Shown here piece by piece: positions 42,676 through 53,541 of a stretch of DNA of 64,000 bases. Numbering within the stretch: the stretch's first letter is position 1; every line of letters begins with the position of its first letter. The position numbers and the translations under genes are program-made. The stretch is taken from assembly GCA_963809375.1 (NCBI GenBank), contig CAWEJO010000008.1, forward strand, positions 69,075-133,074, written 5' to 3'. Under the pieces are notes generated by a model that was not told the DNA's origin, searched no databases, and saw nothing but the letters and a program-made list of their open reading frames with translations. The stretch is from an uncultured Chloroflexia bacterium (lineage in GTDB: Bacteria; Chloroflexota; Limnocylindria; Limnocylindrales; CSP1-4).

Positions 42676-43044
42676 CACGCGATCCCGCCGGCCGGCACGG
42701 CCGGCGCCAGCCTCGTCGCGGCACGCCGGGGCGGCGCGACGATCGTCAGGACGCAATCCGGGCAGACCCGGGCGCACAGCGCACAGCTGGTGCACGCGGC
42801 GGCGTCCACCAGGCGAACCGGGTGATACCCGAGCGCGTTGACTCGTTCCATGTCGAGGGCGATCGCCCGGCTCTCGCACACGCCGATGCAGAGCGAGCAG
42901 CCCTTGCAGTAGTCGGCGGCGACGAAGAGCGGGGTCCAGGGTGGTGTCCCGGGCGCGGGTCCGGCCGAAGCCGGCGGCTCCGCGCCCGGTATTGCCAGGG
43001 GATCTCGAGTCTCGTTCCGGGGTGCCGCGATCATCGAAGCGCAT
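42675..43044 (-). CDS. 2x[4Fe-4S] ferredoxin (delta subunit)
   Basis: [23 protein letters not shown]; AGGAGG RBS before ATG 43044 with a likely frameshift. Confidence 0.9.
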
Positions 43045-43317
43045 GCCTCCTGTGGACGGCGAAGGCCATCGTCGAGACGACACGCCGGCCGCGGCTCGAC
43101 GCCGGGGACAGCGCGCCCTCATTTGGCTTCATCGTCGGTCGCGGTCCGCGCCTCCGACAGTGCCGAAAGTTGCGACTTGGTTCCGAAGGAGTACCGGCCA
43201 AAGGTCACCTGATCGGATGACGAGGCAGGCCCGGCACCATCGGGCGAAGCGCGGCGATCCGGGTGACGAATGCGGGCCGTTCGGCAGGTCACGCGGAAGA
43301 CCGACCGGCGGCAATCT

Positions 43318-45793
43318 ATGCGCATGGCTGCATCGGTTGGCGCTCGTTCCGGCGCCGCGGAGCACGGCTCCCGTGTCCCCGCTGCGGACGACGCCAACGG
43401 CCCCAGTGCGCCCGCGCCGGCCGTGGCCAGGGCGTTCACCGTCGAGGGCGTCGTCCAGGGCGTCGGGTTCCGCCCCTTCGTCTGGCGGCTCGCGACCGAG
43501 CTTGGCCTCGCGGGCCGCGTCCGCAACGCGGCAGGGCGCGTCGAGGTGGAGGCTGCCGGGACCGCCGCGGCCCTCGACGCATTCGCCCGGCGCCTGAAGT
43601 CCGACGCGCCGCCCCGCGCCCGGGTGGAGCGGGTGACCGTCGTCCCGCTCGACGCGGCGGCCGCCGCGACGCTGGCAGTGCCGTTCGCGATCGAAGAGAG
43701 CATCGTCGCGGCCTCCGTCGACCGGTTGTTCCCGCCGGACATCGCGACCTGCGACGACTGCCTCGTCGAGCTGTTCGATCCTGCCGATCGGCGCTACCGG
43801 TACCCGTTCACCAACTGCACCAACTGCGGGCCGCGGGCAACGATCATCGACCAGCTGCCTTACGACCGGGCCAGCACGACGATGGCGGCGTTCCCGCTCT
43901 GCCCCGCGTGCGCCCGCGAGTACGCGGATCCCGCCGATCGACGCTTTCACGCCGAACCGGTCGCGTGCCCGGCCTGCGGGCCGCGCCTCGCCTGGCGGCG
44001 GACGGGGAGCGCGGGGCCGGAGGCGTTCGGCGAGGACGCCTTCGCCGCCGCGGTCGCCTCCCTGACGCGCGGGGGCATCGTCGCGGTCAAGGGCCTGGGT
44101 GGCTACCACCTCGCCTGCGACGCGACGGACGAGTTCGCCGTCCAGCGCCTCCGGGAGCGGAAGCACCGCTGGGCGAAGCCGTTCGCGATCATGGTTCGCG
44201 ACGTCGCCGCGGCCGAGCGGCTGTGTCGGCTCGGGTCGGCGGAGCGCGCCCTGCTCACGAGCCCGGCCCGGCCGATCGTCCTCCTCGAGGCGCTCGTCCC
44301 GGGTGAGCCGCAGCTGGGGCCGTCGGTCGCGACCGGGAACCGGCGCCTCGGCGTGTTCCTGCCCTACACGCCGCTCCACCACCTCCTGCTCGACGCGATC
44401 GGACGGCCGATCGTCCTCACGTCGGGCAACCTGACCGACGAGCCGCTGGCCACCGACGACGCCGACGCGCTCGACCGGCTGGCCGCGCTTGCCGACGGCT
44501 TCCTCGCCCACGACCGCGTCATCCGGGCCCGCTATGACGACTCGGTCACGCGCGTCGTCGCCGGGCGCGAGAGCATCGTCCGGCGGGCCCGCGGCCACGC
44601 GCCCGACCCCGTGGCGCTGCCGATCGAGGCGCCCGCGCCGATCCTCGCCGTCGGCGCCGAGCTCAAGCACACGTTCACGCTCGCCCGCGGGGCAAGGGCG
44701 CACGTGGCGCCCCACAACGGCGACCTCGAGGATCTCGCCACGCATCGCGCCTTCACGGACGGCCTGGCCCACCTCTCGCGGCTGCTCGCGCTCGAGCCCG
44801 AGGTCGTCGCCCACGACCTGCACCCCGAGTACCTGTCCACGAAGTACGCCGTCGAGCACTTTCCGCCAGCCAAGCGGATCGCGACGCAGCACCATCACGC
44901 CCACGTCGCATCGTGCGCGGCCGAGCACGGCATCACCGGCCCGTTCATCGGCGTGGCCTACGACGGCCTCGGGATGGGCGACGACGGGACGTTCTGGGGA
45001 GGCGAGATCCTCCTCGCCGACCTTGCCAGCTATCGGCGAGTAGCGCGATTTGGGCGGGCGCCGATGCCGGGTGGCGCGCTCGCCGTCAAGCGACCCTATC
45101 GAATGGCGCTCGGCTATCTCCTCGGTGCGGAGCCCGTCGGAGATCCGGGCCCCGGCGCCGCGGCCGGCATCGAGGGGGCGGACGATCTCGCCGCTGCCTT
45201 CCTGGCGCGTTTCGATCCGCGGGAAGTGGCTACCGTTCGGACGCAGGTGAGGCGCGGCGTGAACGCGCCGACGGCGTCGTCCGCAGGGCGGCTCTTCGAC
45301 GCCGTCGCTTCGCTTCTCGGCCTGCGGGACGTGGCGGAGTACGAGGCCCAGGCCGCGATCGACCTCGAGCTCGCCGCGGACGACCGGATTGCCGCGCCGC
45401 TGCCCTACCGGATCGCCAGGGTCGACGGGCTTCTCGTGTACGACCCTCGCCCGACCCTGCGGGCCGTCCTCGAGGGCACGGCGGCGGGCCGCCTTCCGGC
45501 CGGCCTCGCCGCGGCGTTCCAGGAGACGATCGCCACGCTGACCTCCGAACTGCTGGACGGAGTACGGACGCGGACGGCAGTGCGTACCATCTGCGTCTCG
45601 GGCGGCGTCTTCCAGAACCGCCGCCTGGCGTCCACGCTTGCTCCGGCGGCTCTCGCGCGACGGCTTCGAGGTGTTCATCAACCGGCAGGTTCCAGTCAAC
45701 GACGGGGGAGTCAGCTACGGCCAGGCGGCGATCGCCGCGGCCAGGCTGGCGGGCGGCGCGTCACGCGACCTTCCCGCCACGCCGGACGGGTAG
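43318..45793 (+). CDS. hypF: [NiFe]-hydrogenase maturation carbamoyltransferase (frameshift near 45640)
   Basis: GVVQGVGFRPF, Zn-finger CxxC pairs, KGLGGYHL, HHHAH, SSAGRLFD, NDGGVSYGQ. Confidence 0.96.
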
Positions 45794-45808
45794 AACAGGA
45801 GCGATCCC

Positions 45809-46192
45809 ATGTGCCTCGGCATCCCCGGGCGGGTCATCGAGATCCGTGACGATGCGGGCCTTCCTATGGGGAAGGTCGATTTCGGCGGCGTTCGGAAGGA
45901 CGCCTGCCTCGCCTACATCCCCGAGGTGCAGATCGGCGACTTCGTGATCGTGCACGTGGGCTTCGCAATCAGCCGGGTCGACGAGGACGAGGCCATGAAG
46001 ACGCTCGAGATCCTCAGCACGATGGGCGACCTCGTCAGCGCAGAGCTGGCCACGATGGGGCCCGGCATGGAGCTCCCGGCCGTCGTGTCCGACGACGGGC
46101 AGCCATCGACCGGCGCGTTCGCAGGTAACGCGGGCTCGCCGCCCGATGGCGCTGCGAGCGAACGCTCGGCCGGAGGGGTGCCCCTGGCATGA
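45809..46192 (+). CDS. hypC: hydrogenase maturation chaperone
   Basis: [16 protein letters not shown]. Confidence 0.96.
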   Translation: MCLGIPGRVIEIRDDAGLPMGKVDFGGVRKDACLAYIPEVQIGDFVIVHVGFAISRVDEDEAMKTLEILSTMGDLVSAELATMGPGMELPAVVSDDGQPSTGAFAGNAGSPPDGAASERSAGGVPLA

Positions 46193-47406
46193 AGTACCTC
46201 GACGAGTACCGCGACCCGGTGCTCGCGAAGAAGCTCCTCGTCGAGATCCACCGCATCACGACCAGGCCGTGGACCCTCATGGAGGTCTGCGGGGGTCAGA
46301 CCCACACGATCGTCAAGCAGGGGATCGACGAAGCGCTTCCCGACGGCGTCCGGATGATCCACGGCCCGGGCTGCCCTGTCTGCGTGACGCCGCTCGAGCA
46401 GGTCGACAAGGCGCTCGCGATCGCCGCCCGTCCCGACGTCATCTTCGCGAGCTACGGTGACATGCTCCGCGTCCCCGGCTCGTCCACCGACCTGCTGGCG
46501 CTCAAGGCCCGCGGCGCCGATGTCCGGATCGTGTACTCGCCGCTCGACGCGCTCCGGATCGCCCTGGCGAACCCCGATCGGCAGGTGGTCTTCTTCGCGG
46601 TCGGCTTCGAGACGACGGCACCCGCGAACGCGATGGCGGTCTTCGAGGCGGCCCGGCGCGGGATCGACAACTTCAGCGTGCTCGTGTCGCACGTGCTCGT
46701 GCCGCCCGCGATGATCGCCCTGCTCGAGTCGCCGTCGAACCAGGTCCAGGGGTTCCTGGCAGCCGGCCACGTCTGCGCCATCATGGGCTGGACGGAGTAC
46801 GAGCCGATCGCCGCGAAGTACGGCGTCCCGATCGTGGTGACCGGGTTCGAGCCGCTCGACCTGCTCGAGGGGATCCTGATGGCGATCCGCCAGCTCGAGG
46901 AGGGTCGGGCGACGGTCGAGAACCAGTACGTCCGCGCCGTGCGGCGCGAGGGCGTTCCGCTCGCCCAGCGTCAGATCCACGAGGTCTTCGAGACCGGGCC
47001 GCGGAAGTGGCGGGGGATCGGATCGATCCCGGCCTCGGGCTACCGGCTGCGGGACGCGTACGCCCGCTTCGATGCCGAGCAGAGGTTCGAGGTCGGCGAC
47101 ATCGCCACGAACGAGCACCCGGCCTGCATCGCGGGCGCCATCCTGACGGGCGAGAAGACGCCGCTCGACTGCACCGCGTACGGGACGCTCTGCTCCCCGC
47201 AGAAGCCGCTCGGCGCGCCGATGGTGTCGTCCGAGGGCACCTGCGCGGCGTTCTTCGCAGCGGGTCGGGGCCTCGGCGCGAGCCCATTCTCGGCCCCTCT
47301 TCCGCTGCTCCAGGTGGCGCCGGTCCCGGCCGCGGCGGGCGGGCGCGCGAACGCCGCGACGGCCGGCGGGGCCGGGACGGCTTCGTCGGCCGAGGCGGCC
47401 CGATGA
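46189..47406 (+). CDS. hypD: hydrogenase maturation protein
   Basis: [31 protein letters not shown]. Confidence 0.97.
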   Translation: MKYLDEYRDPVLAKKLLVEIHRITTRPWTLMEVCGGQTHTIVKQGIDEALPDGVRMIHGPGCPVCVTPLEQVDKALAIAARPDVIFASYGDMLRVPGSSTDLLALKARGADVRIVYSPLDALRIALANPDRQVVFFAVGFETTAPANAMAVFEAARRGIDNFSVLVSHVLVPPAMIALLESPSNQVQGFLAAGHVCAIMGWTEYEPIAAKYGVPIVVTGFEPLDLLEGILMAIRQLEEGRATVENQYVRAVRREGVPLAQRQIHEVFETGPRKWRGIGSIPASGYRLRDAYARFDAEQRFEVGDIATNEHPACIAGAILTGEKTPLDCTAYGTLCSPQKPLGAPMVSSEGTCAAFFAAGRGLGASPFSAPLPLLQVAPVPAAAGGRANAATAGGAGTASSAEAAR

Positions 47407-48513
47407 CGGGCGTCGACGCGACGGCCCCGGAGGCAGGTGCCGGACCGCTCACGATCGACCCTGCCGGCGTGGCCTGCCCGGCGCCGTTCCCCGAAGACCA
47501 GCGGGTCATCCTCGGCCACGGCTCGGGCGGCCAGCTGTCGGCGGCCCTGATGCGCGACCTGATCGGACCGTCGCTCGCGTTCGGAGCAGGCGCCGCGGGC
47601 GTCGGCCCGCTCAACGACGCCGCGGTCGTCGAGGTCGCCGGCGCGCGGCTCGCCTTCACCACGGACTCGTTCGTCGTGAGCCCGCTCCGGTTCCCGGGCG
47701 GGGACATCGGCGAGCTCGCGGTCAACGGCACGGTCAACGACCTCGCCATGATGGGTGCACAGCCCGTCGCGATCAGCCTCGCCTACGTCATCGAGGAGGG
47801 GCTCCCGCTCGAGGAGCTCCGCGTCCTGACGATGTCCGCGGCGGCGGCAGCGACCCGCGCCGGGACGCGCATCGTGACCGGCGACACCAAGGTCGTCGGG
47901 CGCGGCGCGGCCGATCGCCTGTTCGTCAACACGGCCGGCATCGGGCTCGTGCCGGACGGCGTCGCGCCATCGGCGGACCGCGCGGCCGTCGGCGACGCGA
48001 TCATCCTCTCGGGGCCGATCGGGCTCCACGGCGTCGCCATCATGTCGGTTCGCGAGGGACTGGAGTTCGAGGTCGAGATCGCGTCCGATACGCAGGCGCT
48101 CAACCGGCTGGTTGCAGCGATGCTGGCGGTCGACCCGGGCATCCACGTCCTGCGCGATCCGACGCGGGGAGGCCTCTCGTCGGCGCTCAACGAGATCGCC
48201 GTGGCGTCGCGCGTCGGCATGGTGCTCGACGAGCCGGCCATCCCGATCCCGGGTCCCGTCCGCGCGGCCTGCGAGTTCCTGGGTCTCGACCCGTTCCACG
48301 TCGCCAACGAAGGGAAGCTGGTGGCGATCGTGCCCGGCCGGATCGGCCGGGGCGGTCGTGGCGGCCATGCGGGCCGACGTCGCGGGCGCCGAGGCAGCCG
48401 TGATCGGTCGGGTCGTGGCCGATCATCCCGGGATGGTCACCCTGCGCACGATCGTGGGATCCGAGCGGATCGTCGACATGCTCGTCGGGGAGCAGCTGCC
48501 CCGGATCTGCTGA
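47403..48513 (+). CDS. hypE: carbamoyl dehydratase (frameshift near 48340)
   Basis: [28 protein letters not shown]-terminal LPRIC. Confidence 0.96.
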
Positions 48514-48680
48514 CGGGGAAGATAGCCTCACAGGCATCCCGGCTGGCGGCGCCCGGCCCACGCGGCCACTCGGCTGGCCCGCGAGCAGTCCGGCTGGCCC
48601 GCGACGGCCCGTCGCGACCCGTGCCGTTCGGCCCCCGGCCACCCTGCCGGCAGATCGCCCGGACGGGCCATTCGGGACTT

Positions 48681-48696
48681 ATGCGCATGTGCGCAT
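48681..48696. promoter_or_regulatory. candidate ArsR-family operator ATGCGCATGTGCGCAT
   Basis: near-perfect 16-bp palindrome overlapping the -35 region of the leaderless arsR promoter (CATGAT 48702-07). Confidence 0.6.
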
Positions 48697-48713
48697 GAGA
48701 CCATGATGCGCCC

Positions 48714-49079
48714 ATGGACCCGATCTGGAGCCTCCAGGCGGAGGTCATGAAGATCCTCGCCAGCCCGCGCCGACTCGAGATCCTCCACCTGCTCGCCGAC
48801 GGACCGAAGGAGGTCGGCCGGCTCGCCGAGGAGATGGAGATCAGCCAGCCGAACGTCTCCCAGCACCTCGCCGTGATGCGAACCGCCGGGATCGTGGAGG
48901 CGGAGCGGGACGGCCGCGAGGTGCGGTACCAGCTGACCGACCCGGACGTGATCATCGCCTGCGGGACGATGCGCCGGGTACTCATGCGCAGGCTCGCCCG
49001 CCTTGGCGAGCTCTCGGAACGGCCCGCCGGCACGAATGCCGCGGCCGCCGCCCCGTCCGTGGCGGCGCGTGCGGGCTGA
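48714..49079 (+). CDS. ArsR/SmtB-family repressor
   Basis: LASPRRLEIL, SQPNVSQHL, GREVRY; a single C-terminal Cys (IIACG). Confidence 0.93.
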   Translation: MDPIWSLQAEVMKILASPRRLEILHLLADGPKEVGRLAEEMEISQPNVSQHLAVMRTAGIVEAERDGREVRYQLTDPDVIIACGTMRRVLMRRLARLGELSERPAGTNAAAAAPSVAARAG

Positions 49080-49088
49080 GGAGGCGGA

Positions 49089-49505
49089 GTGGAAGAGCAA
49101 CCCCTCAACATCGTCCTGTTCTCGGGGACCGAGGACCGCCTGCAGGCCGCCGCGGTGATGACCGCGGGCGCGGCCGCGCTCGGCCGGAAGGTCAACATCT
49201 TCCTGCAGTACTGGGGCCTCGAGGCGTTCCGCAAGGATCGGATCGGGACCAGCCTGGGCCTGGCGCCGGAGGCCGGCGCCGAAGGCGCGCGGCACGTCGC
49301 CGAGGCAGCCGTCGCCGGGCAGGCGCCGTGGCACGTCACGCTGGGCCAGGCCAAGGACCTCGGCGAGGTCGACATCCAGGCCTGCTCGCTCTCGATGGAC
49401 GTCCTGAAGATCGAGGAGTCGGACCTGGATCCCCTCGTCGACGGCGTGGAGGGCGTGACGGCGTTCTACCTCAACGCCGAGGACGGCCACATCCTCTTCA
49501 TCTAG
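49089..49505 (+). CDS. DsrE/DsrF-like sulfur carrier
   Basis: LFSGTEDRL, IFLQYWGL, IQACSLSMD. Confidence 0.85.
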   Translation: MEEQPLNIVLFSGTEDRLQAAAVMTAGAAALGRKVNIFLQYWGLEAFRKDRIGTSLGLAPEAGAEGARHVAEAAVAGQAPWHVTLGQAKDLGEVDIQACSLSMDVLKIEESDLDPLVDGVEGVTAFYLNAEDGHILFI

Positions 49506-49585
49506 TCGAACCGGATGCCCGGGCCGCGAGATCGAGTGCGGCGCCGGCGCGGAGATGCAAGCGGCCGGAGGCGGCCGAAGAAAGG

Positions 49586-49831
49586 ATGGACACGCTGATG
49601 GCGCTCGAAATCGCGCAGCGAGTCGATGCGAAGGGCCTGAGCTGCCCGATGCCGATCGTCAAGACGGCGCAGGCGGTCAAGGGCCTCGCGTCGGGACAGC
49701 TGATGGAGGTCCTGGCGACCGACCCCGGTTCGACCAAGGACTTCGCGGCCTGGTGCAAGACCACCGGCAATGAGCTCGTGGAGGCCACGAACGAGGGCGG
49801 CGTCTTCCGCTTCGTCCTGCGCAAGAAGTAG
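49586..49831 (+). CDS. tusA: TusA/SirA-family sulfur carrier
   Basis: [15 protein letters not shown]. Confidence 0.92.
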   Translation: MDTLMALEIAQRVDAKGLSCPMPIVKTAQAVKGLASGQLMEVLATDPGSTKDFAAWCKTTGNELVEATNEGGVFRFVLRKK

Positions 49832-49840
49832 GAGACCGCC

Positions 49841-50401
49841 ATGACCGCTGTCGCCGACCCCACCTCGGCCGCCGCCGAACCCACCCCCGCCGTCGCCGTG
49901 GAGCCCGAGCCGTCGGGCGAGCCGGTGACCCGGGACATCCTGATCATCGCGTTCTCGGGCGACCTCGAGAAGACCTGGGCGACCATGATCCTCGCCTCGA
50001 CCGGCGCGGCCATGGGCCAGAAGGTGCGCGTCTTCGTCACCTTCTGGGGCCTCCAGACGTTCGTCAAGGACAAGAAGCGGATCACCGGCACCAACTGGAT
50101 GCAGAAGATGCTGGCGTTCATGCAGCGGCCAGGCGTCTCGCACCGCAAGCTCTCCAAGATGAACTTCATGGGCATGGGCCCGTGGATGATGGGGACGCTC
50201 GCCAAGCAGTACAACGTGTCGAGCCCGAAGGACCTGCTCGAGATCGCCATGGACATGGGCGTCGAGTTCATCCCGTGCCAGATGACCATGGACATGTTCG
50301 GCCTCAAGCAGGAGGACATGATCGAAGGCATGGGCGAGCCCGTCGGCGCCGCGACGGTGATGGCCCTGCTCGCGGAAGGCAGCGCCCCGCTCTTCATCTG
50401 A
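49841..50401 (+). CDS. DsrE2-like (DsrE/DsrF/DrsH) sulfurtransferase
   Basis: [28 protein letters not shown]. Confidence 0.9.
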   Translation: MTAVADPTSAAAEPTPAVAVEPEPSGEPVTRDILIIAFSGDLEKTWATMILASTGAAMGQKVRVFVTFWGLQTFVKDKKRITGTNWMQKMLAFMQRPGVSHRKLSKMNFMGMGPWMMGTLAKQYNVSSPKDLLEIAMDMGVEFIPCQMTMDMFGLKQEDMIEGMGEPVGAATVMALLAEGSAPLFI

Positions 50402-50469
50402 TCCCTCCCGATCCGACATCCGTCCGCGGCGCAATCGCGTCGCCCGCACCACCGGAAGGAACCCTTCGC

Positions 50470-50709
50470 ATGGTCACGCCCACGATCAGCACCACGATCG
50501 ACGCCCGCGGCAGCTTCTGCCCGGGCCCGCTGATGGAGCTCATCCGCGCCATCAAGGAGGCCGAGGTCGGCGAGACGATCTCCGTCCTGTCGGCGGACAA
50601 GGGCAGCAAGATCGACATTCCCAAGTGGGTCGGCAAGGCCGGCCACACGCTCGTCGCGGTCGAGGAGCGTGACGGCTACGACGAGATCGTCGTCACCAAG
50701 GTCCGGTAG
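50470..50709 (+). CDS. tusA: second TusA-family sulfur carrier
   Basis: [15 protein letters not shown]. Confidence 0.9.
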   Translation: MVTPTISTTIDARGSFCPGPLMELIRAIKEAEVGETISVLSADKGSKIDIPKWVGKAGHTLVAVEERDGYDEIVVTKVR

Positions 50710-50716
50710 CCGATCG

Positions 50717-51910
50717 ATGAAGCGCGTTCTCGTCCTGGGCGGCGGGGTCGGCGGCACGCTCACCGCCAACCTCGTCGCTCGCAAGCTGAAGAAGGAGATC
50801 GCCGCGTCGACCGCCAAGGTCACCGTCGTCGACGCGACCGGCCGCCACGCGTACCAGCCTGGCTACATGTACATCGCGATGGGCCAGCAGCGCGCCGACA
50901 AGCTCGAGCGGTCAGAGCGCCGGCTCCTCGACGGGAACGTCGACCTGGTCGTCGACGAGATCGAGCGGATCGACGTCGAGGCGAGCCTGGTTCACCTGAC
51001 GTCCGGCGAGGTCCTCGCCTTCGACCAGCTGGTGATCGCCACCGGCGCCCGGATCCTTCCCGAGTCGATCGCCAACTTCGACACCGAGGCCCACCACTTC
51101 TACACGGCCGAGGCTTCGATGCGCCTGCGCAAAGCGCTCGACGGGTTCGAGGGCGGGAAGCTGGTGATCGGCATCGCGGGCATTCCCTACAAGTGCCCGC
51201 CCGCGCCGCTCGAGGTCGCGTTCCTCGTCGAGGCGGAGCTTCGCGAGCGGGGCCTGCGCGAGAAGACCGACATGACGTTCCTCTCGCCGATCAACCGCGC
51301 GTTCACGATCGAGAGCGTGAGCGAGATGGCGACCCCGATCTTCGAGCAGAAGGGGATCGACCTGCAGCTCCTCGCCGGCGTGGACCAGATCGACGCCGAG
51401 CGCAAGGTCGTGATCACCGACGCGATGGAGGAGTACCCCTACGACCTCCTGATCGTCGTGCCGCCCCACAAGGGCGCCCAGGTCGTGATCGACTCCGGGC
51501 TCGCCCCGAAGTCCGGCTGGGTCCCGACCGACCGGCACACGCTGCTGGTCAAGCACATGATGCCGAAGGGAACGTCCGACGAGGACACCCCCCGCTACCC
51601 GAACATCTACGCGATCGGCGACACGACCGACCTGCCGCTCTCGAAGGCTGGATCCACGGCCCACTTCGAGGCGCCGATCGTCGCCGAGCGGATCGCGGCG
51701 GCCGTCCGCGGCGTCGAGCCCACCGGCAAGCATGCCAACTACACCGGCAAGGTGATGTGCTTCTTCGAGGTCGGCGACGGGAAGGGCACCCTCCTGCAGT
51801 TCGACTACGACCATCCGCCCAAGCCGCCCAAGCCCAACCAGCTCTGGCACCTGGGCAAGGTCCTCTTCAACAGGACCTACTGGCAGACGGTGCCGCGGGG
51901 CCGCATCTAG
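50717..51910 (+). CDS. sqr: sulfide:quinone oxidoreductase-like flavoprotein (type III-like)
   Basis: GGGVGG, YQPGY, YKCPPAPLE, IGD, KVMCFFE. Confidence 0.85.
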   Translation: MKRVLVLGGGVGGTLTANLVARKLKKEIAASTAKVTVVDATGRHAYQPGYMYIAMGQQRADKLERSERRLLDGNVDLVVDEIERIDVEASLVHLTSGEVLAFDQLVIATGARILPESIANFDTEAHHFYTAEASMRLRKALDGFEGGKLVIGIAGIPYKCPPAPLEVAFLVEAELRERGLREKTDMTFLSPINRAFTIESVSEMATPIFEQKGIDLQLLAGVDQIDAERKVVITDAMEEYPYDLLIVVPPHKGAQVVIDSGLAPKSGWVPTDRHTLLVKHMMPKGTSDEDTPRYPNIYAIGDTTDLPLSKAGSTAHFEAPIVAERIAAAVRGVEPTGKHANYTGKVMCFFEVGDGKGTLLQFDYDHPPKPPKPNQLWHLGKVLFNRTYWQTVPRGRI

Positions 51911-52028
51911 CCCGTCGGGCCGCGAGGCCCGACCCCGGCGACGGGTTTCCTCGCCGCACGCGGTGACGTTGCCGGCGACTGCCGGCGGCTGCCCAGCCAC
52001 GATCGGCCCCGGGCATACAATCGAGCGG

Positions 52029-53369
52029 ATGAGCCACCCTGCCGGCCGGGTCTTTCCCAGGGTCTTCGGACGCCAGCTGCCGATCGCGGCCTGGGCCGAT
52101 GGCGCGACCATCCACGACGCCGACGGGCGGACATACCTCGATGCCGCCGGCGGCGCCGTCGTCGTCAATGTCGGCCACGGCCGACGCGAGATCGCGGCCG
52201 TGATGGGAGACCAGGCGGCGCGCATCGCGTACGCCCACGGCACCGCGTTCACGAGCGAGGCGCTCGAGGCATACGCCGCCGAGCTCGGCGCGGTCCTGCC
52301 ACTCGACGACCCGGCCATCTACCCGGTGTCGGGTGGCTCCGAAGCGGTCGAGACGGCGCTCAAGATGGCGCGCGCCTACCACCTCGCGCGTGGTGAGGGC
52401 AGCCGCCAGGTCGTCATCGCCCGGTGGGGGAGCTACCACGGCAACTCCCTCGGCGCGCTCGACCTGTCTGGCCGCCTGCCGCTGCGCCGGCCGTACGAGA
52501 CGTGGCTCGGCCGCTTCGAGCACGTCTCGGCCGCGTATCCCTATCGCGGCGGCGAGCCCGCCGCACGGGCGCTCGCTGACGCCGGGGAGCTCGCCGCCGA
52601 GCTTGAGCGGGCGATCGAGGCGGCGGGACCTGGCGCCGTCGCGGCCTTCGTGGCGGAGCCGATCGTGGGCGCCACGCTCGCCGCCGCCGTCCCGCCCGAG
52701 GGGTACTGGCCGGCGATCGCCGCCGTGTGCCGGCGCCACGGCGTGCTCCTCGTCGCCGACGAGGTGATGACCGGCTTCGGCAGGACCGGCCGCTGGTTCG
52801 GGGTCGACCACTGGGGGACGCGCCCGGACCTGCTCGTCGCCGCCAAGGGCGCGACGTCCGGGTACTGGCCGTTCGGGTTCGTGGCGGCCGCGGGACCCGT
52901 GTATGAGGCGATCGCCGGCGGCGGGTTCGTGCACGGGTTCACGTTCAGCCACTCGGTCGTCGGGGCGGCCGTCGCCCGTGAGGTCCTGCGGATCCTGCGC
53001 GACGAGGACCTGGTCGCTGCGTCGGCGGCGAAGGGCGCGCAGCTGCGCGCGCTCCTCGACGACCGGCTTGGCGAGCATCCGAACGTCGGCGAGATCCGCG
53101 GCCGCGGCCTGCTCGTCGGGATCGAGCTGGTCGCCGACCGCGAGCGCCGGACGCCGTTCCCCCGCGCAGAGCGGCGCACCGAGGCGACGGTCGCGGCGGC
53201 GCGCGCACGGGGCATCCTGGTCTACTCGGGAACCGGCAACGCGAACGGCGTCGACGGCGACCTGATCGTCCTCGGGCCGCCCTTCGTGGCGACCGAAGCG
53301 GAGCTCGAGGCGATCGCCGACGGCGTGGCGGGCGCGATCGACGCGGCGACGGCGGCGCCCGTCGGCTGA
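52029..53369 (+). CDS. class-III PLP aminotransferase
   Basis: SGGSEAVETALK, SYHG, AEPIVG, DEVMTGFGRTG, AKG. Confidence 0.92.
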   Translation: MSHPAGRVFPRVFGRQLPIAAWADGATIHDADGRTYLDAAGGAVVVNVGHGRREIAAVMGDQAARIAYAHGTAFTSEALEAYAAELGAVLPLDDPAIYPVSGGSEAVETALKMARAYHLARGEGSRQVVIARWGSYHGNSLGALDLSGRLPLRRPYETWLGRFEHVSAAYPYRGGEPAARALADAGELAAELERAIEAAGPGAVAAFVAEPIVGATLAAAVPPEGYWPAIAAVCRRHGVLLVADEVMTGFGRTGRWFGVDHWGTRPDLLVAAKGATSGYWPFGFVAAAGPVYEAIAGGGFVHGFTFSHSVVGAAVAREVLRILRDEDLVAASAAKGAQLRALLDDRLGEHPNVGEIRGRGLLVGIELVADRERRTPFPRAERRTEATVAAARARGILVYSGTGNANGVDGDLIVLGPPFVATEAELEAIADGVAGAIDAATAAPVG

Positions 53370-53541
53370 CCGGAGGCGTCGGGGGCAGCGGCAATTCGCG
53401 GGCAGCGCGGGCGCTCACGACGCGCACGCGGCTTGGGCGATCCCCCCGGCCGGGGAGGGTGGCCATCCCCCGGGTGGCGGGGTCACGCCCCACCCACACG
53501 GACCATTCGCCGGCTGCCGGCCAGGCCATACCCTCGTGGGC

